From Nitrospirales bacterium (GTDB lineage Bacteria > Nitrospirota > Nitrospiria > Nitrospirales > UBA8639): DNA of 64,000 nucleotides. The translations under genes and the position numbers were made by a program. The stretch lies in assembly GCA_965203295.1 (NCBI GenBank), contig CBDBCZ010000019.1:2336001-2400000 (forward strand), written 5' to 3'. Below, piece by piece: positions 41,347 through 51,948 of the stretch. Each line of letters begins with the position of its first letter. Positions within the stretch are counted from its first letter, which is position 1. The notes below the pieces were generated by a model. The model ran no database searches, had not been told where the DNA came from, and worked only from the letters and a program-made list of their open reading frames with translations.

Positions 41347-42285
41347 TTACCCATTCAACCGTTGAAGCATGACCTCCAAGGAGGAGGGATCTTGCACGTT
41401 CAAAATCACAGCCTCCGGAAGGATGCGTTTAACCAAACCAGTTAACACCGTACCCGGCCCCACCTCGACAAATGTCCGAATACCCATTTCCCACATCGTC
41501 TCCATCGATTGCTGCCAAAGGACTGGGGAAGGCAATTGTTCAATCAATGAGGCCCGAACGGCACTAGCCAGTTGGATGGCTTTGGCATGGGCATTATTGA
41601 CTAATGGAACTTTCAAATCATTCATGAGGATCTCTTGAACCACAGAAGCAAGACGGTCTGCCGCTGGTTGCATCAAGGAGGTATGGACGGGCACACTCAC
41701 GGCCAAAGTCTTGAGGCGTCGGCCTCCCCTTAACTGGAGCAGCTCTCCTGCTCGTTCCACCGCGGCTTTCTCCCCAGCAACCACAACCTGTTCTGGACAA
41801 TTGAAGTTGGCGGCTGATACCACTCCTACTGATTGGGCCTCCTGACAGACTTCTTGAACAATGTCCTGGGACATCCCTAAGACCGCTGCCACCAGTCCGG
41901 TGCCAGGAGGCACGGCTTGGGCCATATACTGTCCACGCTTTTGGACCAATCCCACAGCATCAGCAAATGAGATTCCCTGAGCGGCAACCAAGGCAGAATA
42001 TTCCCCAAGACTATGGCCTGCAACCGCTCCGATGGGAAGAGTATGTTGTTCAAAAACACGAAGGGCCCCTATACTCGCGACGAGCAACGCTGGTTGAGTA
42101 AATTCTGTGAGATTAAGCTTATCGGCCGGCCCCTCAAAAGATAGGGCACCCAGATCATAGCCAACAATGTGATTCGCTTCATCATATAAATCGCGAACTG
42201 ATGGATAAGCTTCCCAAAAGGCTCTGCCCATTCCTACAGACTGTGACCCTTGCCCCGGAAACAGGAGACCAATAGAGTTCAACAT
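41347..42285 (-). CDS. fabD: Malonyl-CoA:ACP transacylase
   Basis: FPGQGSQ, TQPAL, GHSLGEY and EVGPG motifs. Confidence 0.97.
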   Translation of the reverse strand: MLNSIGLLFPGQGSQSVGMGRAFWEAYPSVRDLYDEANHIVGYDLGALSFEGPADKLNLTEFTQPALLVASIGALRVFEQHTLPIGAVAGHSLGEYSALVAAQGISFADAVGLVQKRGQYMAQAVPPGTGLVAAVLGMSQDIVQEVCQEAQSVGVVSAANFNCPEQVVVAGEKAAVERAGELLQLRGGRRLKTLAVSVPVHTSLMQPAADRLASVVQEILMNDLKVPLVNNAHAKAIQLASAVRASLIEQLPSPVLWQQSMETMWEMGIRTFVEVGPGTVLTGLVKRILPEAVILNVQDPSSLEVMLQRLNG

Positions 42286-42342
42286 GGAAGCTAAGATATG
42301 AGTGAAAACATCGTCGTTGTCAAGGAAAAATCTGTTGAAACA

Positions 42343-43158
42343 TTAGTCAACCACAAATTCTCCCCCATCCACGCAAATGACATTTCCCGTCACCCATTGT
42401 GATTGCGGGTGGCTCAAAAGGCCAATGGCTTCCGCCACATCTCGAGTGGTGGTCAACCGCCCAGAAGGATTTTTCCGTTGGGCTAATGTGATCATCTCAT
42501 CGGAACCTGGAATTTTTCTCAAAGCTGGTGTATCCGTCACCCCAGCCATAATTGCATTCGCCGTAATCCCCAATGGAGCCAGTTCCAAGGTCAGTTGACG
42601 GATATTGGATTCCAAGGCAGCTTTCGCTGCGGACACAGCACCATAACTGGACCACACACGTGCACCTCCAGCGCTCGTCATCGCGAAAATTCGGCCACCT
42701 TTCGTCATCAAATTTGCAGACACGAGCTCTTGAGTCCAATACACAAGGCTATTCGCCATCACATCCAACGTCATATCAACTTGGGCTTTGGTGAGGGCTT
42801 CACCATCTGATTTCGCGATAAACGGCTTGAGTGTTCCGAAAGCCAGTGAATGCAGTAGAACACGAACATGCTGATCTCCTCCCCCATCGTGAAGCTTTTT
42901 GCCAATGGTTGCGAGGATTTCCCGACGTTTTTCTCCATCTGCCGCATTGGCATTGAAGAACACGGCCTCTCGATCCATCTTCTGGATGCTCGCGACTATT
43001 CGCTCCACATTGGGCAGAGTCGATTTTCGGTCAAGGTGAACTCCAAAAATATGCATGCCTAAACGAGCTAACTCCAAGGCCACGGCTTCACCAAACCCAC
43101 TTGAAGCACCAAGGATAAGCGCCCATTCACCTTCCAACGGTCGAGTCTCTGTTGTCAT
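42343..43158 (-). CDS. SDR oxidoreductase, probable enoyl-ACP reductase (FabL/FabI-like)
   Basis: GASSGFG, Y-x6-K (YGAVSAAK) and TPAL motifs. It is embedded in the fab cluster. Confidence 0.8.
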   Translation of the reverse strand: MTTETRPLEGEWALILGASSGFGEAVALELARLGMHIFGVHLDRKSTLPNVERIVASIQKMDREAVFFNANAADGEKRREILATIGKKLHDGGGDQHVRVLLHSLAFGTLKPFIAKSDGEALTKAQVDMTLDVMANSLVYWTQELVSANLMTKGGRIFAMTSAGGARVWSSYGAVSAAKAALESNIRQLTLELAPLGITANAIMAGVTDTPALRKIPGSDEMITLAQRKNPSGRLTTTRDVAEAIGLLSHPQSQWVTGNVICVDGGEFVVD

Positions 43159-43298
43159 AGTGAACCCCTATAAAGAACGAATGTTATATCAACGAAATGT
43201 TTTCAGCCATTGTGATGAATTCGCTAGAAAAACCGATGATTCTCATGAAACTAAGCGGAGGAAGGACTTTCTTCATACCTGTCTTCCTCACGCAAGTA

Positions 43299-44273
43299 TT
43301 ACCAACGAATGACCCCTGAAGCCCAAGTCAACCCAGCCCCAAAAGCCGCGAGAAGAACCACATCCCCCCTTTTCACTCGTCCTCCTTTGACTGCCTCGTC
43401 CAAGGCAAGAGGAATAGACGCCGCGGAGGTGTTGCCATATCGGTCCAAATTCACCATTGTTTTTTCCATCGGAATTCTCAACCGTTCACTCACCGCTTTC
43501 AAAATTCGGAAATTGGCTTGATGAGGGACGAATACATCAATATCATCGATCGTTAATCCATTAGCAGAAAGAGCCTCCCTTGCAGCCTCTTCCATCGTTT
43601 TAACAGCAATCTTAAATGTCTCATTCCCTCGCATATGGATATAATGAAGACGATCGGCAAGCACCTTTTCCGAAGGGGGCTTGTTCGATCCTCCACCTGG
43701 CACGCAAATTAAATCCGAATAGTGGCCATCGGAATGGAGATGAAGTGAGAGAATTCCTCCTTCATTCTCCGACCCTCCAACGACAGCGGCTCCTGCCCCG
43801 TCACCAAATAATACACAGGTATTGCGATCCGTCCAATCCATGACCGTCGACATGACTTCTGATCCAATGACCAAAACATAGCGGGAATCCGTTCGGATAG
43901 AGGCGTGAGCCACAGCCAATGCATACACAAACCCGCAACACGCAGCAGAGAGATCCAGAGCTGCTGCCCGCGTCGCTCCCAATCGGTATTGAATCAAACA
44001 GGCGGTAGATGGTAATGGAGAATCACCAGTACACGTCGCGACGAGTATCAGCTCGAGATCAGAGGCATCGATTTGGGCTTCAGCTAATGCCTCCTGTGCC
44101 GCACACACTCCTAAATCCGAACACGCTTCTCCTTGCTCCACAAGACGGCGCTCTCGGATACCTGTCCGGTCCACAATCCAGGTATCCGACGTGTTAACCA
44201 TGCGTTCCAAATCAGCATTCGTCACTACCCGTTTGGGAACATAGGAACCTGTACCAAGAATATGACTATTCAT
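43299..44273 (-). CDS. fabH: 3-oxoacyl-ACP synthase III
   Basis: AACCGF, FGDGAGA, HQAN, GNTSAAS and FGAGLTW motifs. Confidence 0.97.
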   Translation of the reverse strand: MNSHILGTGSYVPKRVVTNADLERMVNTSDTWIVDRTGIRERRLVEQGEACSDLGVCAAQEALAEAQIDASDLELILVATCTGDSPLPSTACLIQYRLGATRAAALDLSAACCGFVYALAVAHASIRTDSRYVLVIGSEVMSTVMDWTDRNTCVLFGDGAGAAVVGGSENEGGILSLHLHSDGHYSDLICVPGGGSNKPPSEKVLADRLHYIHMRGNETFKIAVKTMEEAAREALSANGLTIDDIDVFVPHQANFRILKAVSERLRIPMEKTMVNLDRYGNTSAASIPLALDEAVKGGRVKRGDVVLLAAFGAGLTWASGVIRW

Positions 44274-45310
44274 TCGACTGCCATGGTCTGGCCGGCGTCG
44301 GGAGAGGGAGAAAGGTTCACTTCGACATCTTGCTGAATCAAATCAATGAGGGGAAAATTTGCCAGAGAATGAGCCCGGACAACCGCATTTTTAATAGCCT
44401 TGGCGGACGAGCGGCCATGACAAATCATACTGATGCCATTGACCCCCAAAAGAGGAGCTCCACCAAATTCCGCATAATCCGTCCGACGTCGGAGGCGCAT
44501 TAACGGCGGGGCCAAAAAGACCAACGACAACCGACCCAATCGGGATTGGGCAATCTCTGTCATCAGCATTTTTTTCATGGCCTCTGCCAAGCCTTCAGAT
44601 ATTTTGAGAGAGACATTGCCAAGAAACCCATCACAGACAACCACATCAGCCGCCCCACTATAGACATCCCTTCCCTCTAAGTTTCCGATAAAGTTGAGAG
44701 AGCTTTCCTTACAAAGACGGAAGGCCTCTTTGGTCACTTCATTGCCCTTGGTATCTTCTTCTCCGATACTCAAGAGCCCGACTCGAGGGCTTGCCTTTCC
44801 AAAAAGATATTTTCCGTACTCATTCCCCATCAAGGCAAATTGGTATAAATGCTGAGCCGTACAATCAACAGTGGCCCCAACATCTAACATAATCGCCGTT
44901 CCCTTAAGGGTCGGGAGAGTGGCCGCGATAGCTGGACGTTCCACCCCTTTAATGACGCCCAACAGGAAAAATGCCGATACCATCGTAGCTCCGGTGTTCC
45001 CGGCACTCACCACGGCTTGCGCTTCTCCAGATTTGACAAGACTGGTCGCCACCCAAATGGAAGAGTCGCGTTTTTTTCTCGCCACATGTGTCGCTGATTC
45101 GTGCATGTCGACCGTTTGAGACGCATGGCGAAAGCTCACGCGAGAGTCGGAGTAGCCTAAACGATCGAGTTCACGTTGAACTAAATTTTGATCGCCGACT
45201 AACACCAATTCGGTGTTCAGCTCGCGGATGGCTTGAGTAGCCCCTTCGATGATGGGGATGATTCCATGATCCCCACCCATCGCATCGACGGCAATTCTCA
45301 TAGCTGTCAT
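44270..45310 (-). CDS. plsX: Phosphate acyltransferase PlsX
   Basis: IAVDAMGGD, SAGNTGA, DGFLGN and GGAPLLG motifs. Confidence 0.97.
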   Translation of the reverse strand: MTAMRIAVDAMGGDHGIIPIIEGATQAIRELNTELVLVGDQNLVQRELDRLGYSDSRVSFRHASQTVDMHESATHVARKKRDSSIWVATSLVKSGEAQAVVSAGNTGATMVSAFFLLGVIKGVERPAIAATLPTLKGTAIMLDVGATVDCTAQHLYQFALMGNEYGKYLFGKASPRVGLLSIGEEDTKGNEVTKEAFRLCKESSLNFIGNLEGRDVYSGAADVVVCDGFLGNVSLKISEGLAEAMKKMLMTEIAQSRLGRLSLVFLAPPLMRLRRRTDYAEFGGAPLLGVNGISMICHGRSSAKAIKNAVVRAHSLANFPLIDLIQQDVEVNLSPSPDAGQTMAVE

Positions 45311-45347
45311 AGTAAGAAGCCCGTTATATTGTTGAGAGAGGAAGACT

Positions 45348-45530
45348 TTAGCCTTCCTGAACGGCAATCACTGGGATGCCTTTGTAGTATCCGCATTCGA
45401 GGCAGGTCCGATGTGGGAGCGTCGGTTCGTGGCATTGAGGACAAATGGAAAAACTTGGAACGGTCAATTTCTTATGAGTCCTTCGTGAATCCCGCCTCGC
45501 TCTAGAAATTTTGTGTTTCGGATTAGCCAT
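45348..45530 (-). CDS. rpmF: 50S ribosomal protein L32
   Basis: MANPKHKISRARRD and CPQC…HRTCLECGYY motifs. Confidence 0.97.
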   Translation of the reverse strand: MANPKHKISRARRDSRRTHKKLTVPSFSICPQCHEPTLPHRTCLECGYYKGIPVIAVQEG

Positions 45531-45586
45531 AAGATTCCCTCAAAACATTGTAAAAGATAGCCATCAAGATGAGCCGAAAATGATCA

Positions 45587-46141
45587 TCAGGGGTTCATGT
45601 TTTCTCGTGCTTTCACAAGATCTCGCAGAGCAGAGAAGGGAGAGAGGCCCTGATCCTTTCCACAAGAACACGTTGCTTGATTCAAGTCTTGGCCGCATTG
45701 TGAACATAGCCCTGAACAGTTCACGTGACAAAGGGGTTGCATGGGTAGTGCAAGAATGACGTGCTCCCGAAGCATAGGGGCAAGGTCCACTTGATTGGCA
45801 ACAATAGGGTAGGGATCTTCTTCTGGTTTTTCATCATTTTTCTCACCAGGTGGATACCTTACTTCCTGTTGTTCATGTTGATACGAACCCGAAACAACCA
45901 AGTCCAACGGGGTCTCAAACTCTTCCAAGCATCGCACGCATTCTTGTATCAAAACCCCCCTTACCTTGCCGTAAGCCCCTGCTCCTTCTGGAGTCTTGAC
46001 CAAGGTGGCCTTGAGATGAAGAGGACCTTTGACACGTGCATCGCTTTCCTTCAGGGACAGTTCGTCAGGATGAAATTCACACTCAAGTGAAAGCCCTTCT
46101 TCAACAATCTGCTTTATATGAAAGCTCAGCGAAGTTATCAT
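45587..46141 (-). CDS. DUF177 (YceD-like) protein
   Basis: ECVRCL and LPMQPLC…CSGLCSQCGQDLN motifs, located upstream of rpmF. Confidence 0.93.
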   Translation of the reverse strand: MITSLSFHIKQIVEEGLSLECEFHPDELSLKESDARVKGPLHLKATLVKTPEGAGAYGKVRGVLIQECVRCLEEFETPLDLVVSGSYQHEQQEVRYPPGEKNDEKPEEDPYPIVANQVDLAPMLREHVILALPMQPLCHVNCSGLCSQCGQDLNQATCSCGKDQGLSPFSALRDLVKARENMNP

Positions 46142-46243
46142 ACCGACCCCTCACGAACAGAAAGGAAAATCGGCACCCAACGTGAATGAAATTGGGTTTG
46201 ATAGAAGCCCAAGGGGAATTCCCTAGAGGAGATTCCCCCAGCC

Positions 46244-46471
46244 TTACTGTTCCTCAGAAAAGGCCAGCAAGGCGATGCTTCGCGCACGTTTAATCGCAAC
46301 CGTCAATTTACGTTGATGCCGCATACAGTTTCCTGAGGTTCGCCGAGGAACAATACGACCTCGTTCGGTCAAGAAATTGCGTAATAAGCCGACATCCTTA
46401 AAATCCAAAGGGGTTTCATCTTGGCAAAACCGACAATACCGACGTCGCTGAAAAAGCCGTCCTCGCTCCAC
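46244..46471 (-). CDS. rpsR: 30S ribosomal protein S18
   Basis: CRFC, LDFKDV, ERGRIVPRR and AIKRAR motifs. Confidence 0.97.
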   Translation of the reverse strand: MERGRLFQRRRYCRFCQDETPLDFKDVGLLRNFLTERGRIVPRRTSGNCMRHQRKLTVAIKRARSIALLAFSEEQ

Positions 46472-46525
46472 GATACACGCTCCTCGTTTGTTACCGTATC
46501 GCTTTAGGTCGTCAACTCCATTCTT

Positions 46526-46918
46526 TTAGGATATCTCTTCTGATTCGTATGAATGGTCGGAGGGATACTCCGTCTCCCCCATCGCATTCTGTCTCTTGGG
46601 AAGAAAAGTCACCGATTGGGCCACGACCTCATGCTTACTCCGCCGTTGGCCATCATCAGTTTCCCACCGACGTTGTTGCAACCGGCCATCAATGATCGCT
46701 CCATCGCCTTTACTCAAATACTGGCCACAATGTTCAGCCTGTTTCCCAAAGACGACGATATCAATGTAACACACTTCTTCTTTCTGTTCATCAGACTGAC
46801 GATACCGGCGATTCACCGCCAATCCAAAATTGGTCACCGGAGTCCCACTCGGCGTATAGCGAAGCTCCGGAGTCCTTGTCAGATTGCCGATCAACACAAC
46901 TTTATTGAATCCCGTCAT
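46526..46918 (-). CDS. ssb: Single-stranded DNA-binding protein
   Basis: NKVVLIGNLTRTPELRYTPSG and GRLQQRRWE motifs, located between rpsF and rpsR. Confidence 0.96.
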   Translation of the reverse strand: MTGFNKVVLIGNLTRTPELRYTPSGTPVTNFGLAVNRRYRQSDEQKEEVCYIDIVVFGKQAEHCGQYLSKGDGAIIDGRLQQRRWETDDGQRRSKHEVVAQSVTFLPKRQNAMGETEYPSDHSYESEEIS

Positions 46919-47240
46919 TGTCCGACTCCGTCTTCCCAGCGGCTTGCAACTCTTCTTCTTCAACCCGTACCGTCAGAAATTTCAAGACCGAATCTTCTAA
47001 TCGATATTGACGCTCAAGCTGCCCCACAACATTTCCCTTCGCTTCGAACTGGAGGTGGACATAGGCTCCTCGGCGGTCATGCTGAATTTCATAAGCCAAC
47101 TTTTTCTTTCCCCAATTATCAGCTTTCAAAATGGAGGCCCCATGTTTTTCCAAGACCCCCTTCATTTTGTCGATTAGGCCCACGGTCTCTTCATCACTGA
47201 TAGACGACCGAAGGATAAAGATTGAATCATAAAACGGCAT
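46902..47240 (-). CDS. rpsF: 30S ribosomal protein S6
   Basis: YDSIFIL and WGKKKLAYEI motifs. Confidence 0.96.
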   Translation of the reverse strand: MPFYDSIFILRSSISDEETVGLIDKMKGVLEKHGASILKADNWGKKKLAYEIQHDRRGAYVHLQFEAKGNVVGQLERQYRLEDSVLKFLTVRVEEEELQAAGKTESDNDGIQ

Positions 47241-47359
47241 GGATAGTCTCCTCATCCAAAGCGGATAGTCACGTTTTCTATCAAGAAGGCGCCTACTATC
47301 AGATACTTATTAACAATCTTTCGAAACTAGCATAGCCCAAAAGGTAGTGTCAAACTTGG

Positions 47360-48451
47360 TTAGACGTTGAATCGAAAATACACGACATCACCCTCTTGCA
47401 CGATATATTCTCGGCCTTCAAGGCGAAAAAGGCCCTCCTCACGAACGGAAGCAGGATTCCCACACCGAATCAAATCATCGTATGTAAAGACTTCCGCACG
47501 GATAAAGCCTCGCTGGATATCGGAATGAATTTTCCCGGCTGCCACTTGAGCCTGCGTTCCATTTCGTATCGTCCAGGCACGGGATTCTTCTTCACCAGCG
47601 GTAAAGAAGGTAATAAGACCTAAGACTTCATGAGCCTGGGCAAGGAGGCGCTGCAGTCCTGATTCCTGCAACCCCATCTCACGAAAAAACTCCATTCGTT
47701 CATTCTCAGATAGCGCAGCCAACTCCGCTTCAATTTGTCCAGAAAGGATGATCGTTTTCGCCCCTCGCTGATCTCCATGAGCCATCACCAACTTCACCAG
47801 AGGATCATCAGCGCTAACACCTTCAAGAACATTGGCGACATAAAACACAGGCTTGACCGAGAGGAGTTGATAATCCTGGAGTTTCTGGTTTTCTTCTGGA
47901 GAAAACGTTTGCCCATATAACCAAACGTTCTCACCCAGCAAATCCTCTAACTTTCCGATGAAAGCGAGCTCCTCTTGAGCTGACTTTGTCCCTGTTTTCA
48001 TTTGCTTTTCAAGACGTTGTTTCCTTCGCTCTAACGTCCCAAGGTCCGCTAGAATCAATTCAGACTCAATCACCGCAATATCCCGAAGTGGATCCAACTC
48101 ACCGATGACATGCATGACATTCGGATCTGGAAAGCACCGCACCAAATGAAGCAGTGCATCAACTTCTCGAATCTGGGCTAAAAATTCATTGCCAAGACCT
48201 TCGCCGTGGCTAGCCCCTTGGACTAAACCGGCCATATCGCGAACTTCCAAGGTACTGGGTGTGATTTTTTTGGAACGAAAGATTCGCGACAATTGACTGA
48301 GACGTGGATCTGCGATTCCCGAAACACCGATTTGGGTTTCAACGGTTGAGAAGGGATAGTTCGCCACCACCCCTCCTCCTCCCACGAGCGAATTAAAGAC
48401 CGTGGTCTTTCCAACGTTCGGGAGCCCAATCATGCCGCAACAAAGACTCAT
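47360..48451 (-). CDS. ychF: Ribosome-binding ATPase YchF
   Basis: [30 protein letters not shown] and [11 protein letters not shown] motifs. Confidence 0.96.
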   Translation of the reverse strand: MSLCCGMIGLPNVGKTTVFNSLVGGGGVVANYPFSTVETQIGVSGIADPRLSQLSRIFRSKKITPSTLEVRDMAGLVQGASHGEGLGNEFLAQIREVDALLHLVRCFPDPNVMHVIGELDPLRDIAVIESELILADLGTLERRKQRLEKQMKTGTKSAQEELAFIGKLEDLLGENVWLYGQTFSPEENQKLQDYQLLSVKPVFYVANVLEGVSADDPLVKLVMAHGDQRGAKTIILSGQIEAELAALSENERMEFFREMGLQESGLQRLLAQAHEVLGLITFFTAGEEESRAWTIRNGTQAQVAAGKIHSDIQRGFIRAEVFTYDDLIRCGNPASVREEGLFRLEGREYIVQEGDVVYFRFNV

Positions 48452-48456
48452 ACGTG

Positions 48457-49038
48457 TTAACTTTCTTCCTCTTGAGATCTCCTCGTATTGAAACGTTCCA
48501 TGGCTCTCGCGACTCCCTGTTGAACCAGACATTCTAGGGCCGTGACGGCACTGTTCAATCCGATTTCGATACTTGAGATCTCTGAAGGAGAGAACGGAGA
48601 GAGGACGTAATCTGAGGTTTCTTGGCCAAAGCTTGGCCGGCCAATACCTACCTTTATTCGAAGAAACTCATCAGTTCTCAGTGCCCTGATGAGAGAATTG
48701 ATGCCATTATGGCCTCCCGAACCACCACGTTGCTTAATTCGGATCCGTCCGGCATCTAAATCCAGATCATCATGAACAACAATAAGTTGAGGAATCGTGC
48801 TCTGACACTCGTCAACCAGAGCCTTGACGATCTCCCCAGTTTGGTTCATCCAGGTCAGGGGGAGGGCAATGGTAACAGATTCCTGACCCAGGCTTCCTTG
48901 ACCTAAGCGGGCATAACCTATTGTTGAAAAGGAGATAGACCATTGATCCGAGGCTTGGTTGAGGACCATCCACCCAATATTATGCCGCGTAGAGGCGTAT
49001 TGCGGCCCGGGATTACCAAGACCAACAATCAAATACAA
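48457..49038 (-). CDS. pth: Peptidyl-tRNA hydrolase
   Basis: VGLGNPG, TRHNIG, HDDLDL and GGHNG motifs. Confidence 0.97.
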   Translation of the reverse strand: MYLIVGLGNPGPQYASTRHNIGWMVLNQASDQWSISFSTIGYARLGQGSLGQESVTIALPLTWMNQTGEIVKALVDECQSTIPQLIVVHDDLDLDAGRIRIKQRGGSGGHNGINSLIRALRTDEFLRIKVGIGRPSFGQETSDYVLSPFSPSEISSIEIGLNSAVTALECLVQQGVARAMERFNTRRSQEEES

Positions 49039-49067
49039 CTGCTATTTTTTACCCTCAGGGCCCTTTC

Positions 49068-49769
49068 CTACGGCCTGTGTGGCGTTTCAGCCTTCGCCTT
49101 ATCCTTTTCACCCTCCGGTGCAGCAGCCCCTGCAGCGGGAGTCGTCGGCCCCGCAGCAGCTTCCCCACCTTCAACCGTTAACATGGCCGCCAGCTTTTCT
49201 TCAGAAATAAGAGCCGAGACACTGACCACCATTTGATCCGCATCATCGAGAATCCGAAGACCCTCACCGATCTGAAGGTCTCGAACGTGAATGCCTTGTC
49301 CAATACCTAAGGCAGAGGCATCAACGTCAATTTGATCAGGCATGGAACCCGGAAGGCATTCGATATGGAGTTCTCGCAGATTGTGATGAAGAACGCCTTT
49401 ATCTCGCTTCACACCGATGGGCGTTTCCCCAACCATATGGACTTGAACCTTGACCCGGACGGGCTTATCCATCGACACCTCAAAGAAATCGACATGAAGT
49501 ATCGCTCCAGTAATGGGGTCCACCTGAAAGTCTTGAATAACTGCCACGCGTTCAGTGTTTTGAGCGTCGTCCTGAATTTGAACGGTGATTAACGCTGTAC
49601 TACCGCCTTGAGCCAATAAAATTTTTCTCACCGTGGCTGGATCGATGACTAGAAGCAATGATGTCCCTCGACCATAAAGAACGGCAGGGATCATTCCATT
49701 CCGCCGTGTTTGCCTTGCCATTCCCTTCCCTGCGGATCGCCTCGCTTGAGCCTGTGCATCAAATTTCAT
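49068..49769 (-). CDS. rplY: 50S ribosomal protein L25/Ctc
   Basis: IPAVLYG and ILHVDF motifs with a Ctc-type C-terminal extension. Confidence 0.95.
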   Translation of the reverse strand: MKFDAQAQARRSAGKGMARQTRRNGMIPAVLYGRGTSLLLVIDPATVRKILLAQGGSTALITVQIQDDAQNTERVAVIQDFQVDPITGAILHVDFFEVSMDKPVRVKVQVHMVGETPIGVKRDKGVLHHNLRELHIECLPGSMPDQIDVDASALGIGQGIHVRDLQIGEGLRILDDADQMVVSVSALISEEKLAAMLTVEGGEAAAGPTTPAAGAAAPEGEKDKAKAETPHRP

Positions 49770-49903
49770 GACATCCCTCTCATATTCAACACCATTTCTC
49801 TTTTAGATACCCACACCGAATGTTGCTGGAAACCAATTTTAATCTTCGAGCCTTTCGAACAAAGCGGGTATTTTACAGTTTCTATGACAGGATAAAAAGG
49901 GGG

Positions 49904-50845
49904 TCAGACAAAAAGTGAGGTCACCGATTGCTCTTCATGGATTCGCTTGATGGCCTCCCCAAGGATCGGGGCGACAGAGAGGATGCGGATTTTCGGACAG
50001 AGTTGGTCTTTCCCATGGAGAGGAATGGTATTGGTCACAGCCACTTCAGTCAGACAAGACTGTTGAATGCGATCAATCGCGGGGCCAGAAAGAACGGGGT
50101 GAGTACAACCCGCCCACACAGCTGATGCTCCTTGATCAACACAGGCTTGAGCTGTTTCCATGATGGTTCCAGCGGTATCAATCATATCATCAAGTAACAA
50201 GGCGTAACATCCCTTCACTTTTCCGATAATATTCATGACTTGGGTTTGGTTCGGTCCCTCTCGCCGTTTGTCGATGATGGCGAGATTGGCGTATAGCCGT
50301 TTGGCAAAGGCTCGGGCCCGTTCCACACCCCCTGCATCCGGGGAAACCACCACAATATCTCTAAAGTCATTTTTCTTAATGTAATCCAAAAGCAAAGGGG
50401 TCGCATAAAGGTGGTCAACAGGGATATTGAAAAATCCCTGAATGGGGCCAGCATGGAGATCCATGGTCAAAGCCCGGTTCGCCCCAGCCGTCGTGATCAA
50501 ATCAGCCATCAATTTAGCACTAATGGGAACCCGCGGTTGGTCTTTTCGATCTTGCCGGGCGTAGCCATAATATGGAATCACGGCGGTGATTCGAGAGGCC
50601 GAAGACCGTTTCAGCGCGTCCATCATGATTAACATTTCCATGATAGAAGTATTGACTGGATGGCAACACGATTGCATTAAAAAGACATCAGCCCCTCTGA
50701 CATTTTCCTCAATTTTGACCCGAATTTCTCCGTCACTAAACGTCGAAACCGTCGCTCGGGATAAACCAATCCCTAAGTACTCGCATATTTGTTGAGCAAG
50801 GACAGGATTGGAGTTACCAGAAAATAGTTTGAGCTCACGAATCAT
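49904..50845 (-). CDS. prs: Ribose-phosphate pyrophosphokinase
   Basis: [20 protein letters not shown] and DDMIDTAGT motifs. Confidence 0.98.
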   Translation of the reverse strand: MIRELKLFSGNSNPVLAQQICEYLGIGLSRATVSTFSDGEIRVKIEENVRGADVFLMQSCCHPVNTSIMEMLIMMDALKRSSASRITAVIPYYGYARQDRKDQPRVPISAKLMADLITTAGANRALTMDLHAGPIQGFFNIPVDHLYATPLLLDYIKKNDFRDIVVVSPDAGGVERARAFAKRLYANLAIIDKRREGPNQTQVMNIIGKVKGCYALLLDDMIDTAGTIMETAQACVDQGASAVWAGCTHPVLSGPAIDRIQQSCLTEVAVTNTIPLHGKDQLCPKIRILSVAPILGEAIKRIHEEQSVTSLFV

Positions 50846-50925
50846 AGAGAGACTTATAGTGGAATGTTGATGATGTGGAATGGAAAACGCTTACACACCA
50901 TATTGAGGCTATTCCCAATGTGTTG

Positions 50926-51876
50926 TCAACCCGACAGACGAGAAGCTGAAAAATTCTGTGACGTGTCCGCCTCCAGCTTGGTCGGGAACAACTTCTCTGA
51001 TCCAGCCTTCACTGCATACGCTGAATAACCTGTGACCGCGCTCACCATTTCCTGAGCTCGCACGGCCATTGGTTTCTCACGGAATAGACCAAAGACCGTC
51101 GCGCCACTTCCTGACAGAAGCGAAGCCTCTGCACCAACATCGAGCAATTGTCTTTTTACTCGAGAAAGAGTCTCAAACGATTGAAAAATTGGAGATTCAA
51201 AATCATTTTCAACCAAGGGGACGACATCATCCCAAATCAAACCCTTTTTGACCTCGAGACTCGTCAGCTTTTCAGAAAGTGACGGAACCATTCGTCGCGA
51301 TGCAGACAAACATTCATATGCCCATCTGGTCTCAATAGGAAATCCAGGATTCACAAGAACGATCCATCGCTCTCCCTCCAGTCCGATGGGAAGCACCTCT
51401 TCTCCACAACCCCGGACAATGGCACAGGGGGATTCAAAAAAGAAGGGAACGTCGCTCCCCAAAACGGCTCCAACCTTTTTCAGTTGATCGATTGACCACC
51501 CCAACCCCAACAGTCTGTTTAAGCCTGCAATCGTTGCGGCAGCATCACTGCTTCCCCCACCAAGACCAGCCCCCATTGGAATCCGCTTGCGAAGCACGAT
51601 GTCCAAACCTCTTTCTATCACAGCCTGACTCAGAACGAGTTCAGCAGCTCGGTAGACCAAGTTATTCGTATCTGAAGGCAATCCCGTCCCCTCACATTCA
51701 AGATCAATTTTTTTTGCATGGCCATTCAATCGAATGATTAACTCATCCTCTAATTCGACTGTGTGCATTAAAGACCAAAGGCGATGATAGCCATGGGGTA
51801 GGCGATCAAGCACTTTGAGAATGATATTCACCTTACCAGGAGGGCGAAGGTGAACTTCCCTATGCTCATCACTCAT
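50926..51876 (-). CDS. ispE: 4-diphosphocytidyl-2-C-methyl-D-erythritol kinase
   Basis: GKVN, IPMGAGLGGGSSDAA, GSDVPFF, NDFE and SGSG motifs. Confidence 0.97.
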   Translation of the reverse strand: MSDEHREVHLRPPGKVNIILKVLDRLPHGYHRLWSLMHTVELEDELIIRLNGHAKKIDLECEGTGLPSDTNNLVYRAAELVLSQAVIERGLDIVLRKRIPMGAGLGGGSSDAAATIAGLNRLLGLGWSIDQLKKVGAVLGSDVPFFFESPCAIVRGCGEEVLPIGLEGERWIVLVNPGFPIETRWAYECLSASRRMVPSLSEKLTSLEVKKGLIWDDVVPLVENDFESPIFQSFETLSRVKRQLLDVGAEASLLSGSGATVFGLFREKPMAVRAQEMVSAVTGYSAYAVKAGSEKLFPTKLEADTSQNFSASRLSG

Positions 51877-51948
51877 GCTTTACACTCAATCTTTCATGGA
51901 ACAGGTAGGAACACATGAGGAACATGACACACAGAAGCCGCTAAGAGA

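Noticed and set aside
50846..50925. Possible tRNA-Gln between ispE and prs, a common location for it
   Set aside because: Only a short TGGGAATAGCC resemblance is present, with no T-loop, acceptor stem or cloverleaf.
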